The translations under genes were made by a program, and so were the position numbers. From Scenedesmus sp. PABB004 (taxonomy: Eukaryota): DNA of 64,000 nt. The notes under the pieces were generated by a model that worked only from the letters and a program-made list of their open reading frames with translations, was not told the origin of the DNA and made no database searches. Where the stretch lies: the NCBI GenBank assembly GCA_014905635.1, contig JABVCE010000008.1:1302001-1366000 (forward strand), in the 5' to 3' direction. Below are positions 34,542-47,710 of the stretch, piece by piece. The first letter of the stretch is position 1. Every line of letters starts with the position of its first letter.

Positions 34542-37500
34542 TGGCGAGGGCGAGCCCGGCGGCGACGCGCCGCGGCTGCTCTTCCGCGCGAGCCTGGAGC
34601 CGCTCGACGGTGGGCGCGCGGGCGCAGGCGCAGGGCGCGGGGTGCGCGCCGCGCGCTGCCGCCGACCCCCCCCCCCCCTCGGCGCCCCGCAGGCGCCGGC
34701 TCGCTGCAGTCACCCATCACGCGCTTTGTCGCGTCAGGCGGCGGCGGCAGCGGCGCGCAGCAGCTCGACGCGCTGTTCCGACGGCTCGCCGGCACGGCCG
34801 AGGGCGAGCTGCCGCGCAGCACAGGCCGCGTGCAGCTCACGCTTGCAGCCGCGCCGGCGCGCCTGGCTGCGGCCGCGGCGGGGGACGCGGCGGCGGGCGC
34901 GTGCGAGGCAGCGCAGGAGGTGCTGCGCGAGGACTGGCTGGTCGTCAACGCCCTGGGCGCGGGCGCCGCGCGCGTGCTCGCGCTGCGCGCTTGGAAGGAG
35001 GAGCGGACCAAGATGGTGCCCTGGGTTGGCGTTGCCGCGCGGCTGCCGGCGCGCGGCGGCGGCGACCCCGCGTCGGACGGCGGCGCCGGCGCCGCCGGCT
35101 CGCTCAGCCTCGTGCCCGGGCGCGGCGGCGCGCCGAGCGGGCGCGCGTTCTGCTTCCTGCCGCTGCCCGCCGCGACGGGCCTGCCGGTGCACGTCAACGG
35201 CTACTTTGAGCTCTCGAGCAACCGGCGCGACGTCTGGCACGGCGCCGACATGGCCGGCGCGGGGCGGCTGCGCGCGCAGTGGAACGAGGCGCTGCTCTCG
35301 GATGCCGTGGCGCCGGCCTACGTAGAGCTGCTCGCCGCGGCCGCCAAGCTGCTCGGGCCGGTCCCAGAGTTCTGGGCGCTGCTGCCCGGAGGCGCCGGCG
35401 CCGTGCCGGAGCCCTGGCTCCGTGTGGCGACGGCGCTCTACGCGCACCTCTCAGCCCTGCTGTGGAGCCCCGTGGGCCACGGCAGCTGGCTGACACCGCG
35501 CCAGGCACTGCTGCCAGACGCCGCGTGCTTTGTGGCGCCGGCGGCCAAGGCGCCCGCCTCCGAGGAGGGCGCGGGCGGCGGCGAGCCGGCGGCGGCGCCG
35601 CTGCCGCTTGGCTTCATCGCCCGCCCTGGTGGCTGCAGCCGGCTGGCGCAGCTGCTGGTGGCCTGCGGCGTGCCGCTGGTTCTGGGCCTCACTCAGGAGC
35701 AGCAGCGCTGCCTGGCGGAGTGGGCGCCAGGGACGCAGCAGGTGCGGTGTGGGCGTGCCCAGCTCTGAGCGGCGCCTCTCTGGCTCCCTCTGCGGCGGCC
35801 TGACCTGACGCGCGCACCGGCCGCCGCAGGTGACCCCTGAGCTCGTGCGCAAGCTGCTGGCCTCCAACGCTGCCCTGCTCGCGCAAACGCTGGCGCGGCA
35901 GCAACAGCAGCTCGTGGACGACGAGCCCGCGGCGGCGCTCCTGCTCGGCTACTGCTTGTCTGACTGTGCCGACAGTGCAGGTGACGAGCCGACGGCAGCG
36001 GCGTTGCTGGCGGCGCTGCGGCAGCTGCAGGGGCTGCCCCTGCTGCCGCTCGATGACGGCAGCAGCCAGCACGTCGTTGCGGGCGGCGCCGGCGGCAGCA
36101 GTCGCGGCAGGCCCGATGCGGCCGCGCCACCCCAGCCGGCGCGTGTCTTCGTGCCTGGCAGCGAGCAGGAGCGGCAGCTGCTGGCGGCGCTGCCGGGCCA
36201 GCTGCTGCACGCGCGCGCTGGCGCGGCGCTGCAGCAGCAGCTCGCGCTGGTCGCGGCGGCGGCGCCCGGCGCCACCAACGTCAGCGGCGTCCACTGCCGC
36301 GCGCTGGACGAGCACATCCTGTCCCAGCTGCTGCCGGCAGCGTGGGCGGGGCAGCTGGAGGTCGATTGGCTAGAGCAGTGCAGCAGCGAGCGGGGGCAGG
36401 GCGGCGCTGTGCAAGCGTCGGAGCAGCAGGGTCAGCAGGCGCAGGATGAGCAGACGCAGGATGAGCAGACGCAGCAGCAGCACCACCAGCCAGAGCAGCC
36501 AGCGCAGCCAGAGCATCAAGAGCAGCGCGCGTGGCGGCCGCCGAGCCGCGCGTTCATCAGGCTCCTGTGGCGCTGGCTGGCCGACCGCGGCGACGCAGCC
36601 GACGTCGCGAGCTGGCCCCTGCTGCCCCTCGCCGGCGGTCGGCTGCGGCGCCTGCAGCAGCCGGCGCAGGTGGGAGGGGGGGGCACGTGCGCACGTGTTG
36701 TGCCTCAATCTGCCGCTGCCGGCGCGCGCAGCCACCAGCCCGCCCGCCCTGCCCGCACCCGCCGCCCGCAGGTGCTGCGGGGTGGCGGCCTGCTGACCGA
36801 GCAGCTGGCCTCAGCGCTGCAGAAGCTCGGCTGCCGCCTGCTCGACCAGCAGCTCCTGGACTTCCCGTGCCCTGCGCTGGAGCCGTTTGTGCAGCAGCCC
36901 ACGGCGGCCGGCGTGCTCGATGCGCTGTTGGCCGTGGAGGCGCGCGCGGCGGCCGCGGCGGCGACCGCGGCCGCGTCGGCCTCGGCTGGCCAGCTCGCGC
37001 AGCAGGGTGCGCCGCCGCGCCTGCAGCAGCTGCTCGCGGGGCTGAGCGGCGCGGAGCGCCACCACCTACGCGCGTTCCTGCTGCAGACGCCGTGGTGGGC
37101 GCCCGGCGCGGAGCCGCTGGGCGCGCTGCAGATGCAGATGCTGCGCTCCCTGCCCATATATGAGGTCCACACGCTGCCCGGCGAGGAGGAGCCCGCGGCG
37201 GCGCAGCCCGGCGGCGGCGCCGCGCGGCACGTCGCGCTGGCGCAGCCCGGCCGGCCGCCGCTGCTGCTCGCTCCGCGCGGCGTCGCGGGCGCGGTGCTGG
37301 GCGGCCGCTTTCTGCGCTGCGAGTCGGTGGCGGAAGAGGAGCTGCTGGTCGCGCACCTCGGTGTGCAGCGCCTGCGCCTCAGCACGTTCCTGGCGGAGCA
37401 CCTCGCGCGCGCGCCGGCGCAGCTGGACGCGCGCGCGCTCGCCGCCACCCTCGTGCACGTGCTGGGTGGGCTGCAGCAGCTGGCGCAGGCTGACCCGGAG

Positions 37501-40500
37501 CTGCCGGGCGTGCTCGGGTGCGTCCGGGTTTTGCGGACAGCCGCGGAGCGGCCGAGCCGTGAGCTGGGCGTCCCGCTCACGCCCAGCCCGCCGCCTGCCC
37601 GCCCGCCCGCCCGCTCGCCCGCTCGCCCGCCCGCCCGCCCGCCCGCCCGCCCGCCCGCCCGCCCGCCCGCCCGCCGCCCGCCCGCCCGCCCACTGCCGCA
37701 GCGCCCTGCCCCTCGTGCCCACGCGCGCGGGGCCGCAGCACCTGGCGGCGCCGCAGCAGCTGTTTGACCCCCGCGAGCCGGCGCTGGCCGCGCTGCTCGA
37801 CCCCGATGCCCACTTCCCGGCGCCGCCGCTTGACGGCAGCGGCGCCGGCGGGCCGGCGCTTCTTGACGCGCTGGCGCTGTGCGGGCTGCGGCGGCAGGTC
37901 GACCTGGAGGTGCTGCTCCTCGGGGCGCGCAGCATCGGGGACCGCGCGCCGGACGACCCCGCGCCGCACGGCCGCGCCGAGGCGCTCCTGCGCGAGCTGG
38001 ACGCGTGGGCGGCCGTGCACCCGCAGCCCAGCGCCGACGAGCAGGCGCTGCTCAAGGCCCTGGCCGGCGTTCCTTGGTGCCCCGTTCTCGTGGCGCCGCC
38101 GGAGCCGGGCCTGCCCTGGCCGCACGCGGTGCCGGCCGGCGCGCCGCCGCCGCCGGGCGGCAGCCCCGGCGAGCAGCAAACAGCCGTGCTTCGCATGCCG
38201 CCCAAGCTGGTGGCCCCTGCAGAGCTGGCGTGGCTCGCCAGCGCGCCGCTGCGCCTGCTGGCGGGTGCGCCGCCCGGGCCGGACCTTCGCGGGCTGCTCG
38301 GCTGGAGCGACGACGCCGTGCTGCGGCCCAGCGTGGCAGTCGCGCAGCTGCTTGAGCTTGGCCGGCTCTACGCCGCAGGTCAGGTGCGCGACGCGGCGCT
38401 CGCGGAGCAGCTGGCGTGCGCGGCGGGCCGGCTGTACGCCAGCCTCGCCTCGGCGGCGGCGGCGGGCGACGACGAGCAGTCACAGCTGCTGGCTGCAACG
38501 CTCGCCGTGGCTCCGTCGGTGTGGGTCGGCAGCGGCTTCGCGTTCCCTGCGGTCTCGGCGCTGCAGGGCAACGCCCACGAGCCGGACGGCTCGTGGGCGG
38601 AGCACGTGCTTGCGGGCGGCACGGAGCCCAGCGACGGTGCTGCCGAGGGCGCAGCCACTGTCGGCGGCGGCGGCGGCGCGCCGCTCGCGGCGCAGCTGCA
38701 GGAGCGCAGCCTGCTCTGGCTGGTCCCGCCGGAGCTGCTGGCGCAGCACCCCGGCGCGCTGGGCGCGCTGCGCGCGGCCGGCGTGCAGCAGCACCACGAC
38801 TTTGCTGCTTACGCCATCGCACTGGCTGTGCTGGGCGAGCGCGCGGCCGGCCAGCCGCTGGCGCCGCCCGAGCTCGCGCTCGCGCTGCAGCTCGCCGACG
38901 CGGCAGCGGCGGCGGCGCTCGCCGGCCGCGGCGGCGCGGGGCAGCTGCAGGCCCCGGGCGTGGTCGCGGCCGCCGCGGCGTTGCAGGCGGACGCGGCCGC
39001 CGCGGCGGGCAGCGCCGCCATGGCGGCCGCGGGCGGGCCGGACGTGCTGCTGCTGCCAGATGAGTCGAGTGTGATGGCGCCGCCTGGCGATCTCTTCTTT
39101 AGTGACGCGGCTTGGCTGGGCACGGAGGGACTGCGCCTCGCGCACGCGCAGCTGAGCCAGGCGACCGCCGAGGCGCTCGGCGTGCGCTCCGTGCGGTGCG
39201 CGCCGGGGGGCTGCGCTGCCCGGCTGCCGGCTGGCGCGGCCCGCGCTGTCGCTCGTGCTGAGGGCGGGCCGCCGCCGTACGCCCCGCAGGTATCAGCACG
39301 ATGCTGCTGGACCGCAGCTGACGAGCCAGATTGCCTGCCCCAGCCTCAGCGACGCCGCGACTGCCGCGGCGGCGCTGCTGGGCAGCTGTGCCGCCGGCGG
39401 CGGCGGCGCCGAGGGGGTCGATGCGGTCGACGTGCTGGTCGGCCCGGCTGCGGAGGCGGCGGCTGGCCCCGTGCTCACGGCGCTGCTGGCGCTGCTCGCG
39501 TGGGCCGACCAGCTGCGGGCCAGCAGCGCCGTGAGCAAGGGGCCGGCCACCGCGATGAGCGTGGTGCTCGACGAGCGCCAGCACGGCACCCAGAGCCTGC
39601 TGAACCCTGGCCTTGCCAAGCTGCAGGGTGAGCGTGCGCGCGCCCGCGCGCCCACCCGCGCGCCCGCCTACACGCTGCGCGCCGGCCGCCGCTGAGGCGC
39701 CGACGCGCGTGCGCCCGCAGGCCCCGCGCTGGTAGTCACGCTGCGGGGGCTCTCGCTCTTGCCCGCCCAGCTGGCGCAGCTGCTGCAGCCCGTGCGCAGC
39801 GACGCCGCCGCGCGTGTGGGCACCGGCGACGGCGCGGTGTCTGCCGTGCAGCTGGGCCTGCGTGCCGTCTGGGCGGTGTGCGACGTGCTGCAGGTTTGCG
39901 AGCGGCGGGGGCGGCCGGCGTCGCTGGCCGCCGAGCGTGCGTGCCGCCGCCGCCGCCGCCGCGGCCTGCTCACGCACCTTGACCACCGCCGCCCGCCGCT
40001 CAGGCGCGCACGCTCGGCGGCACCACGAGCTACTTCGACCCCGCCGGCGCGGCGCTGGCCCAGAGCGCCGCGGAGCTGCGCACCCCCGCGCCGCGGGGGC
40101 GGTCGGTGCGCCACACGGAGCCGGGGCTGCGGCAGCGCTTCGCCGACCAGTGGAGCGTCTGGGATGGCCTCGGCGTCGTCGCCGGCGGCGCCTCGTCCGA
40201 GGCGGCGGCGGCCGGCCAGGCCCCCGCGGACACGCTCTGCCTGCGCCTCCCGCTACGGCTGCAGGACGCCGCTGTGGGCCACGGCTCCGCGCTCGCGGCT
40301 GCGGCGGGCTCGCAGCTGGGCCGCCCGGGCCGCGCGCTCGCGCTGCAGCTGGCCGACGTGCGGCGCCAGGTCGCCGCATTTGGCCCCGCGGCGACGCGCA
40401 GCCTGCTCTTCCTGGGGCACATCGCGCGTGTGTCGGTCAGTCACCTGCCGACGAGCGGTGGCGACGCGCTGAGCGTGTGGCAGGGCGCCGTGGCGCCGAG

Positions 40501-43500
40501 CGTCGTCGGCGACATGCCGCCGCGCACGGGCGCGCTGGCGGAGCAGGCGCTGGCGCGACACCGGGAGCGCGAGCACGGCCGCGGCGGCCTGCTCGCGCGC
40601 GTGGCCGCGGGCGCGCGCGGAGGCCGGCCCGTCGGCGGCAGCAGCTACAAAAACGCGTGGCATGTGCCACTGCGCACCGCGTCGCGGCCCGCCGCGCTGG
40701 CGCGGCTGGCGGCCGGCGCGCAGCCGCAGCAGGCCGACGTGGCGTGCGGTGACGGCAGCGACGGCAGCGGCGGCGACGAGGTCCAGGTCCAGCGCAGCTA
40801 CGCCTTCACTGTCAGCGCCGTGTGCGAGGTGGTCTCGAGCGCGCAGCCGGGCTCCGCGCACGCCACCCTGGCGCAGCCGGCGTGCGTGGTTGCCGCGGTG
40901 GCGGCCTGCACGCGGGCGGGCGAGGCGGGCGACGCCGCCGCGCCCGGCATCACGCCCTGCGGCGGTGAGGCGGGGGCGCCGCCGCGGTCGGCGCAGCCCG
41001 CTGCCGCCGACCTCGCTGCTGCGCGCCGCCGGCGCCCGATCCCACCTCCCCTGCTGCCGCGCGCCGCAGGCCTGTACGTGCTCGCGGCGGCCCCCGGCGC
41101 GCAGAGCCTGCTGGCGCGGCAGTCGTTCATGGTGGGCCTGCAAGGCGTCCCCGGTGCCCTGCTCGCGCCCGGCCTGCCCGGCCCCTCGCCGCCGACCTCG
41201 GGCGGCGGCGCCGCCGCGCACGCCGCCGCCGAGGACCCGCACCCGAGCAGCCCGCGCGGCGCCGCCCCGGGGGCGCAGCAGCTCGCGCCGCAGCACGACC
41301 CGCGACGGCGGGCGGCGCTGGCAGGCGTGGCGGCGGCGTGGGGCGAGCTCGTGGTGCTGCTCAGCGGCATGCGCCTGCCGGGCGGGCTGTGCGCCCTGCT
41401 GCCCGACCTCATCGCGGCACACGCAGCGGGCGACGGCGGCGCGGCGCACGCCTTTGCGCAGGTGCGTGCGCGCCGGCGCCGCGCGCCTCCGAGGGCCGAG
41501 CGCGCCAGCGCCGCTGAGCGCTGCGTGCCGTCGCCGCCACCGCCGTCGCCGTCGCCGTCGCCGCGGCCGCCGCGCAGATGTACCAGGTCGCCGCCGGCCT
41601 GGCGATGTGGACGCTGCACAGCGGCCGGCCCGTGCACCTGCAGGAGGGCGCATTCCTGCCCCCGGCGACGCCGCAAACGGACGCGCCGCCGGTCGCGGGC
41701 GCGGCGGGCGCGCCCGGCGGTGGCAGCGACGGCGGCGCGGCCGCGGCGGCCACGGCAGGGCTGGGAGCGGACGCGCGGAGTTTTCTGCTTCACCACCTGC
41801 CCCTCTTCTGCCCTACGGCGGTGCCCTGGGCGTTGGTCGCCCAGCTCGCGGCGGCGCACACGCCTGGGCGCGTCGTCAGCCCTCTCGTGCTGCGCCCGCT
41901 GCTGCGCCGCCTCGGCGAGCGCCCCGGCGAGGGTGCGCGTACGCACCCATTTTCTCAACTCACCCCGCTGCAGGCGCGGCAGCTGCTTGAGTTTTGCTGC
42001 AGCGACCTGATAGATGGCGGCGGCGCCAGCTCCGACGACGGCGGCGCGGGCGGCGCGGCGCCAGTCGCAGCGACGCCTGCAGCAGCGCCGAGCGCCGACG
42101 AGCCGGGCGGCGCGCCGCGCGACCTGGCGCCCGCGCCGGCAGCCGCCCCGGGCGCGCTGCAGGTGCCCGAGGCCGCGGCCGCCGCGGTCGGGGAGCTGCT
42201 GGGCCCGCGCGGCCTCGCCGTGCTGCGCGGCCTCGCCGGGCAGCTGCAGAGCCAGGGCGCCTCGCTGGTGCAGGGCGTGGACGAGATACTGAACACCGTC
42301 ATTGACGCCATGAGCGACGCGCCCCAGCACGGCGCCGACGCCGCGCCCGCGAGCAGCAGCGGCGCGGTGAGCGGCATCGCTGCGGCCCAGGCGGCGGGCG
42401 GCGCCGCCGACGCCGCCGCCCCCGGCGCGCTCAACATGGGCCGCGTGGCCTGGCTGCGCGGCCTGCCGGCGCCGACCGCCGCCGGCAGCGTCGTCGTGCT
42501 GGGCGCGCAGCGCCTGCTCGTCGTCCCGCCGGCGGCGGCCGCCGCGGTGCACGCGCTGCTGCCCGCGCACCTGGCGGCCGAGTTCCTGGCGCCGGACTGC
42601 GCCGCGGCGCTGGCCTGGGCGCTGCGGCAGGCGCCGCTGCGCCGCGAGCTGCGGCTGGTCTTCTACGGCCTGCCGCAGCTCGCGGCGCACCTCGGCGAGG
42701 CGCTGGGGCCGACGTGGGAGTTCTCGGGCGCCGACGCGGCCGCGGCCGGGCCGGGCGCGGTGCCGTGGTCCGACGGCGCGGCGGGCGGGCCCTACCTGGA
42801 GTGGCTTCAGCGGCTGTGGGCCGCCGTGCTGCACGTGCTGTCCGCCGCCCCCGCCTGGGGAGAGGAGGCGCTGCCCACGCTGCAGGCCGCCCCGGCGCGG
42901 CCGGGCGGCGGCCTGGCGGCGGGCGCGCGGCACCTGGGCCGCGGCCTGGCCGGCGTGCTGGCAGCGGAGCTGCTGGGCCCGGGCCACGCCGCCATTGCGC
43001 TGCAGGCAGAGGCGGCCGAGGGCGGCGCGGCCGCGGGCGCGGGCGCAGGCGCCACCGCCGCACTGTGCTGGCAGCCGCTCGCGGACTGGCCGCTGCTGCC
43101 GCTGGCCGACGGCAGGCTGCTGCGGCTGCGCCACCGCGAGCTCGTGCTCGCAGCGCTGCCAGAGCACCGCCAGGACGGCGCGAACGTCGGCGACGCGGTG
43201 GGCGGCGACTGGGTGCGAGCCGCTGCGCCCCGCGGCGAGGCGGCGGCGCCGCCGCTGCCACCGACGCGCCGACGTGCTGACGCCGCGCCGCCCCGCCGCG
43301 CGCAGGCCGCGGGCTTGGCCGAGCCGTGGCGCTGGCTGCTGCCGGCCGCCGTCGGGGCTGGCGTGCCGATGCTCGACCCGCGCTTTGGCCACCTCGTGGC
43401 CTCCGGCCCCGGCGCCGGCGCGCGTGACGGCGGGGATGGCGATGCCGAGCCCGCCGCGCCGCCGCTGCCCGTGGATGCGCTCCTGGGGCCGCAGCCGGCG

Positions 43501-45356
43501 CTCGGGCGGCCGCCCTTCCTGGGCCCGCTCGTGCGCAAGCTGGCCGGCGCGGCGCGCGCGCTGGGCGCGCTCGAGCAGCCGGCGGCCGGGTGGCCGCGGG
43601 GCACGTGGGCGGCGCTGTTTGCGCTCCTGGCCGACCACCCGCCGCGCGACCTGCAGCCTCACGACGTTGCCTTTCTGCGCAGCTGCCCCATGTATCGCCG
43701 CCTGCCTGCGCCGCCGGGCAGCGGCGGCGCCGGCCCAGTCGGCGGGCCGCAGCTGCCATCCGGCGGCGGCACCGGGGACGAGGGCGGCGAGCTGGTTGCG
43801 CTGGGCGACGGCGGGGGCTGGGTGCTGGCGCCGCAGGCCCTGCTTCGCGAGTGCGCAGGTGTGTGGCGGCGCGGCACGCGGCGCGCAGCACGCAACGCTG
43901 CCGGCGCGCCACACGCCTCTGCCCCGCTGAGCGGCACGCGCCGCGCCGCGCCGCGCCCCGCAGACCTGCTGTCGCTGCCGTCGCTGCCTGCGGGCGCGGC
44001 GGCGCGCGTGCTGGAGCACCGCAACACGTGGGGCGAGCTGTATGCCATCCTCGGGCTCCAGCCGGCCAGCCTGGCAGACCTGCTCGCGTCTGTGGTGCTG
44101 CCGCACCTGCTGGAGCTGGCGCCGCGCGACCGGCGCGCCGCGCTCGCGTTTGTGCGCCGCCACTGGGCCGCGGGCGGCGCGCAGGCGCTCGGCCGCGACG
44201 ACGCCTTTGTGGCCGCGCTCGCGCGCATCGCCTGGGTGCCCGCGCGCGCCGCGGCGCCGGCGGGCGTCGGCGCGGCCGCGCGCGCGGCGGCCGCGGCCGC
44301 CGCCGAGGCGCGCGCGTCCGGCTGCGAGGCCGCGGGCGAGCGGCTGTGCCTGGCGGGGGAGCTGTTCGACCCGAGCGTCCCGCTCTTCTTCGCCACCGCC
44401 CTGGGCGCCGCGGCGCTGGGCGGTGGAGGCAGCGGCGGCGCGCTGTTCCCCGCGCAGCCCTACGACGATGCCGACTGGCTGCCTGTGCTGCGCGTGCTGG
44501 GGCTTCGCGACCGCGTCACGCCGCAGATTTTTTCACAGCTTGCACGCACCGTGGCCGCCTCGGCCGCGGACCTGGCTGGCACGGCGACGGCGCCGCTCGA
44601 CGTGTCGGGCGCAGACCCGCCGCGCCTGGCGGCGCTGCTCGCTGCGTCCGGCGCGCTGCTCGCGCACCTGCGCAGCCACGGCGCGGGCCTGGGCCCCGAC
44701 CGTGCCTTTTGGCAGGAGCTGGGGCGCACGCCGTTTGTGCCGGCGCGGCTCGGCCTGCCAGGTGGGCGCCCGCGGGCGGGGCCGGCTGCCAGCCGCGGCG
44801 GCCGTGGGGCGCCGCTCACCGCTCACCGCGCCCTTGCCGCCGCCGCGCAGGCGCGCGCTCGTCGCGCCAGGTATTCACCTCGTTTGCGCACGCCGCGCTG
44901 CACAAGGACTGGCCGCTCGTGTGGAGCGCGGTGCCGCTGCTGGCGGACGACGCCGCGCCGCCGGGCGTGCTGGGTCAGCAGCTCGGCCTGCGCAGCCCGC
45001 CGCCGCTGTCGGCGGTGCTCGAGCACCTGCAGACGGTGGGCGCGGACGGCGGCGAGGAGCTGCTGGCGGCGTGGCCGGAGGGCCTGGAGCCGGCGGAGGC
45101 GGCCACGCAGCGGCTGATCGCGCACCTCGACCGCGAGGGCCTGAGCCCGGGCCAGGCAGAGCAGCTCGGCGACGCCGCGTTCATCCCGGTCGCGCACGGC
45201 AGCCGCCTCGTGGCGCCCCGGCAGCTCTACATGCGACTCGGCGGCGCCGTGCTCGCGCCGCTCGCGTGGGAGGTGCCCGGCCAGTTTGCGGGCCACGCCG
45301 CGCTGCTGCGCCAGCTGGGCGTGCGCGACGAGGCGCGCGCTGAGGACCTGGTGCGT

Positions 45357-45387
<31 letters not shown>

Positions 45388-47241
45388 TTGCACAGCGTGC
45401 CCGGCCACCAGCGCCGCCGCCGCCGCGCCGCCCGGCCCAACCACCGCCGCCGCCGCCGCCGCCGCCGCGCAGGTGGGCGCGCTGCAGCGCTTCGCGGCAC
45501 AGCTCGCCGGGCGGCGCATGAGCCCGAACGAGCTCCTCGCCACGCAGCGCCTGCTGGCCTTCCTGTGCAGCCGCAGCGGCGCGGGCGACGCGGCCTACCT
45601 CGCCGCCGCGCGCCGCGCCGGCGACGCGCTGCTGGTGCCGACCGCGGGCGGCACGCTCGCGCACGCGGGGCGCGTCGTGCACGTCGGCGGCGCCGGCGGC
45701 GGCGCGGCGGCGTCACGGCTGCTGGGGCGCGCCGACCCGCAGCACCTGGTCCTTGCCCACCCCGCCCTGCCCGACCACGTCTGCCGGTGGCTGGGCGTGG
45801 CGAGCCTGTCCGAGGTGCTCGCCGAGGAGCTGGACCCGAGCGTCAGCCTCGCACCGCTGCCCGCCATCGGCGGCACCAGCCTCGCGAACCTGCGCGCGCT
45901 GCTCGCGTCGCCGCACTTCCAGGCCGGCGTGGCCGGCGTCGCGGCGGCGCACGCGGCGGCGGTGCCCGCGCTGCGCGGCGCGACGCCCGGCGCCGTCGCC
46001 GCGCTGTGCGACGCCGCCGCGGCGGGCGGGCGGCTCGTGCTGGTCGAGCGCCTCGCGACCCGCGTCGTGCTGCGCGCGAGCGGGCGCGACGTCACCCGCG
46101 ACGGCGCCGCGCGGCGCGTGTATGACTACCACGACGCCGCGAGCGGCGCGCTCTACGTCGCGGCGCCGCCGCCGGGGCTCGCGCTCTCGTCGCTGCTCGC
46201 GCAGGTGCTCAGCCGCGCGCTCGGCAGCCCCGTCACGCTGCCGCTGCAGCCCCTGCTGGACGTGCCCGACCTGGGGCAGCTGCCGGGGCTGGCGGCCGTG
46301 ATTCAACTGGGTGCGCGGAGCCGCGCGCGCGGCGCGCGCGGCGACGGCAGCACCAGCGCCGCGCCCGACGCGCCGCCCGCCGGCGGCGCGAGGCTCACCC
46401 CCGCCCCGCGTCTGCCCGGCGCTCCGCAGGGGGGCACGACCCGGAGCTGGAGCTGGCGCTCACCAGCGGCAGCGTGGGCTCGCCCGTGCAGCCCGCGGAC
46501 CGCGCGCTGCTGCGGCTGCGCCCGCTGCGGCACTACGCCGCGGGCGAGCTGGTCGCGGTCAGGCGCCGTGCCGGCGGCGGCGGCGCTGCCGCCGGCGGCG
46601 GCGAGGAGGGCGCCGACGGCGGGGCCATGGTCTATGGCCGCGTCGCCGTCGACGCCGCGCCCGCGCCGGGCGCCGCCGCGTACCGGCTGTCTGTTGAGGT
46701 CGCGCCGGGCGCGTTTGAGACGCTGCTGTCGACGCAGGTGCTCTGCTTCAGCAGCGGCGCCGGGGGCGCCGCGCCCGCGCCCGCGGCGCCAGGCGCCGGA
46801 GGCGAGCCCGCCGGCGGCGCGGCCGCGCCCGGCAACGCCGGCGTGCCCGGCGGCGCCGGCGCGCCCGGCGGCGGCGCCGAGCCCGGCGGCGGCGCGGCGG
46901 GCGCGGGCGAGGTCGCGAACGCAGTCGCTGAGATGCTGCGCGCCGCCGGCATGCCGCTCGACCTGGATCGCCAGAATCTGCTCGCGCGCGCGCTCGCGGC
47001 CGACCAGGAGGCCGCGGCGGCGCGGGCGGCGGTCGCGGCGCTGCGCGAGGAGGCGGCCGCGCGCGCGGCCGAGGCCGACGCGGCGCGCGCGGCGTGGCAG
47101 TGCCGCGTCTGCTTCGCGGCCGACGTGAGCTGCGCGTTCACCGGATGCGGGCACATGTACTGCGCATCCTGTTTCCCCGCCCTCGGCGGCCGCTGCGCGG
47201 TGTGTCGCAAGGCGAGCGCGGGCATAAAGCTGTTCCGGTGA
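26641..47241 (+). CDS. Sacsin-like giant protein (plant/algal type): three sacsin repeat regions with Hsp90-like ATPase folds and a C-terminal C3HC4 RING
   Basis: SRR1: [77 protein letters not shown]2 repeats these from ~33250. A degenerate SRR3 starts near 39290 ([24 protein letters not shown]). C-terminus is [22 protein letters not shown]. Confidence 0.92.
27632..27787. repeat. 78-bp tandem duplication inside a sacsin intron
   Basis: cgcgcgacgcgccccgcggcg...cccgtctgc occurs twice in tandem. The paralogous intron at 33850-34016 has only one diverged copy. Confidence 0.9.
37596..37691. repeat. (GCCC)n intronic microsatellite
   Basis: About 20 imperfect GCCC units. Confidence 0.85.
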
Positions 47242-47362
47242 CGCTCGACGGCGGGCGCGGGGCGCAAACGTGCGTGCGTGCGCGTGTGCGGGGGAGGGGC
47301 GGAGGGCGGCTTGCGGGCTGGGGGGCCCGGGGAGCGACGGACGGCCTCGCTCGCTGTGACTT

Positions 47363-47679
47363 TCAGGCCACCATGACCGCCGCGCCGCCGGTCGCGAGCG
47401 CAGCTGCCGCCGCCGCGGCGGCCGCGCCGTCCGCGAGCTGCGCGCTGATCGCCTGGCTGCGCCGTCGCAGCACGTCCGACAGCGCCGGGGCGTGCTCCAC
47501 GCCGCGCCCCGCGCGTGAGGCGAGCCAGCGGCCAACATCGCCGAGCCCCGACAGCCCGGCCGCGACGCCGCCGCCCCACAGAGGGTGGGGCGGCGCCAGG
47601 CCGCTGCTGCCGCCGCTGCTCGCCCGCTCTGCTCGGTGGTCCCACCAGGCGCGCAGCGCCGCCCCGCCGCCTGCCTCGG

Positions 47680-47710
<31 letters not shown>

